Shown here piece by piece: positions 56,547-57,707 of a DNA stretch of 57,707 bases. Under the pieces are notes generated by a model, which saw only the letters and a list, made by a program, of their open reading frames with translations, did no database searches and was not told the origin of the DNA. Numbering within the stretch: position 1 is the first letter of the stretch; every line of letters begins with the position of its first letter. Origin of the DNA: a virus (Duplodnaviria > Caudoviricetes); IMG/VR virus record IMGVR_UViG_3300025276_000004, positions 1 to 57,707 of that record; one strand, written 5' to 3'. The translations under genes were made by a program, and so were the position numbers.

Positions 56547-57707
56547 CTAAGATGCTGCTAGGTAGGTTACTGCAAAATGAATATCAACACCAGAATTGTT
56601 AAAATCATTGTGTTTCATTGTATCATAGGCAGCATCACTTGGGTTGTTATAAAAAGTAAGAGTGGTTCCACCCCCATCAGTATAAACTGAATAACCGGGG
56701 TTATCTATATATCTGCCTATTATAGCTCCTACTGATGATTTACCACTCGATACCGCATAAGGTAGCGTTCCAATTATCACTGTTGCACTAGAACTTCTAT
56801 TAGAAAAACTATAGATATTGCCAGCAACAGTAACTAATCTTCCTACTTTCGTATACCAAACATTGCTAGTGCAACTCCCAGTAGTTGGGGATGCTGTCCA
56901 TGTGCCAACTTCGTAATCGTTAAGAAACTCACCATTAGTATCAAATCTAACACCGCCTGATAGGTAGAGGTCTCTGAAGGTTCCCGAAGAAAAACCTAAA
57001 TCAACAGTGCCATTCGCAGCCGAACCATTTTTAAATGGTGTTAGACTAACGCCATCAAAGCGTAGACCAGTGGCATCGCCTGAGCTTCTTATTAAAACTC
57101 TATCTGAGCTTATATCAATTTGACCTCTGGGAGTCCCTGCCTCATAAAGCTCTATTATACCCCCTTCTGCTGTTCTGTTTATTTTTAAAGGTATACCTGC
57201 ACGACTTATACCTACCATTCCATCAGAAAGAAGATTAATACCTGCTACGTTGTTGCCGACTACGTTCGCATTAGTTGTGCCAATGCCAACAGTTCCGCTG
57301 CTGTTTATAACAAGAGAGTTTGCTGGGGCTTGCTGAATGTAAATAGGTGTGACAAAACCAGAAGCCCGATCATCATTTGCTCTGACGATGTTAAGGTCAC
57401 CGCCAGAGATTTGAAATCCCCAGTTCTTTTGGTTACTTGCTGCGTTTGTGTCTCGCAGCCAAAGTTGGGTTGTGCCTGTGCTGTCAAAGGTTGTGCCACC
57501 AGCATGTGTTGTTGAAGTTCCAAGTACTTGACCTGTGACCGAAACTCCTGTGGCAGTGGTGGCTAGTTTAGTAGCGTTGTTATATCTCAGTTGAACCTCT
57601 GCATTGTTATTACCTAAAATATACAATTCTGATCCGTCAGCATTACCTAGCCTGAGGTTATTTCCATATATTAAAAGATCACCACTGCCGCTTTCTTTAA
57701 TAAATGA
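56547..57707 (-). CDS. Tail fibre protein TF1, 3' part (starts at 971 across the junction)
   Basis: FRDLYLSGGV, LNDYEVGTWT, YTKVGRLV C-terminal domain; open through the window end. Confidence 0.85.
   Translation of the reverse strand, partial: SFIKESGSGDLLIYGNNLRLGNADGSELYILGNNNAEVQLRYNNATKLATTATGVSVTGQVLGTSTTHAGGTTFDSTGTTQLWLRDTNAASNQKNWGFQISGGDLNIVRANDDRASGFVTPIYIQQAPANSLVINSSGTVGIGTTNANVVGNNVAGINLLSDGMVGISRAGIPLKINRTAEGGIIELYEAGTPRGQIDISSDRVLIRSSGDATGLRFDGVSLTPFKNGSAANGTVDLGFSSGTFRDLYLSGGVRFDTNGEFLNDYEVGTWTASPTTGSCTSNVWYTKVGRLVTVAGNIYSFSNRSSSATVIIGTLPYAVSSGKSSVGAIIGRYIDNPGYSVYTDGGGTTLTFYNNPSDAAYDTMKHNDFNNSGVDIHFAVTYLAAS

Noticed and set aside
57556-57707. 152-bp terminal repeat as a biological direct terminal repeat
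   Set aside because: It falls inside a tail fibre gene that reads through the junction in frame, so it is best explained as a circular-assembly overlap
1-57707. Integrase, repressor or prophage boundaries
   Set aside because: No recombinase or repressor motifs and no host genes were recognised; content fits a lytic phage

Overview
Apparently complete, circularly permuted genome (unit length about 57,555 bp; bases 1-152 repeat as 57556-57707 inside a gene) of a lytic podovirus. The host is probably marine and alphaproteobacterial (inferred from DUF1127, class II RNR and ThyX). The + arm (14.3-30.4 kb) carries early genes, SSB and a T7-like replication module (ThyX, glutaredoxin, PolA, exonuclease, resolvase, primase-helicase) ending in a T7-like RNA polymerase. 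The - arm (13.7 kb -> 1/57555 -> 30.4 kb) carries terminase, portal, scaffold, major capsid protein, five tail-fibre genes, a class II RNR and internal virion proteins. Main result: the last internal-virion gene (30415-34116) encodes a SECOND, divergent single-subunit RNA polymerase with N4 virion-RNAP-like motifs, and the genome has two distinct promoter-like motif families. Four 23-bp covarying hairpins (AATYYGMCC-ACRGG-GGKCRRATT) precede early/replication clusters, and five T7-like linear motifs (YTYTAAGTYCCTTATAGR) mostly precede late genes. This suggests a compact two-polymerase transcription cascade. Also seen: three tandem paralogous tail fibres each followed by the same 28-nt hairpin element, several candidate structured RNAs, and a third repeated motif. 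All calls come from reading the sequence; no database searches were run.
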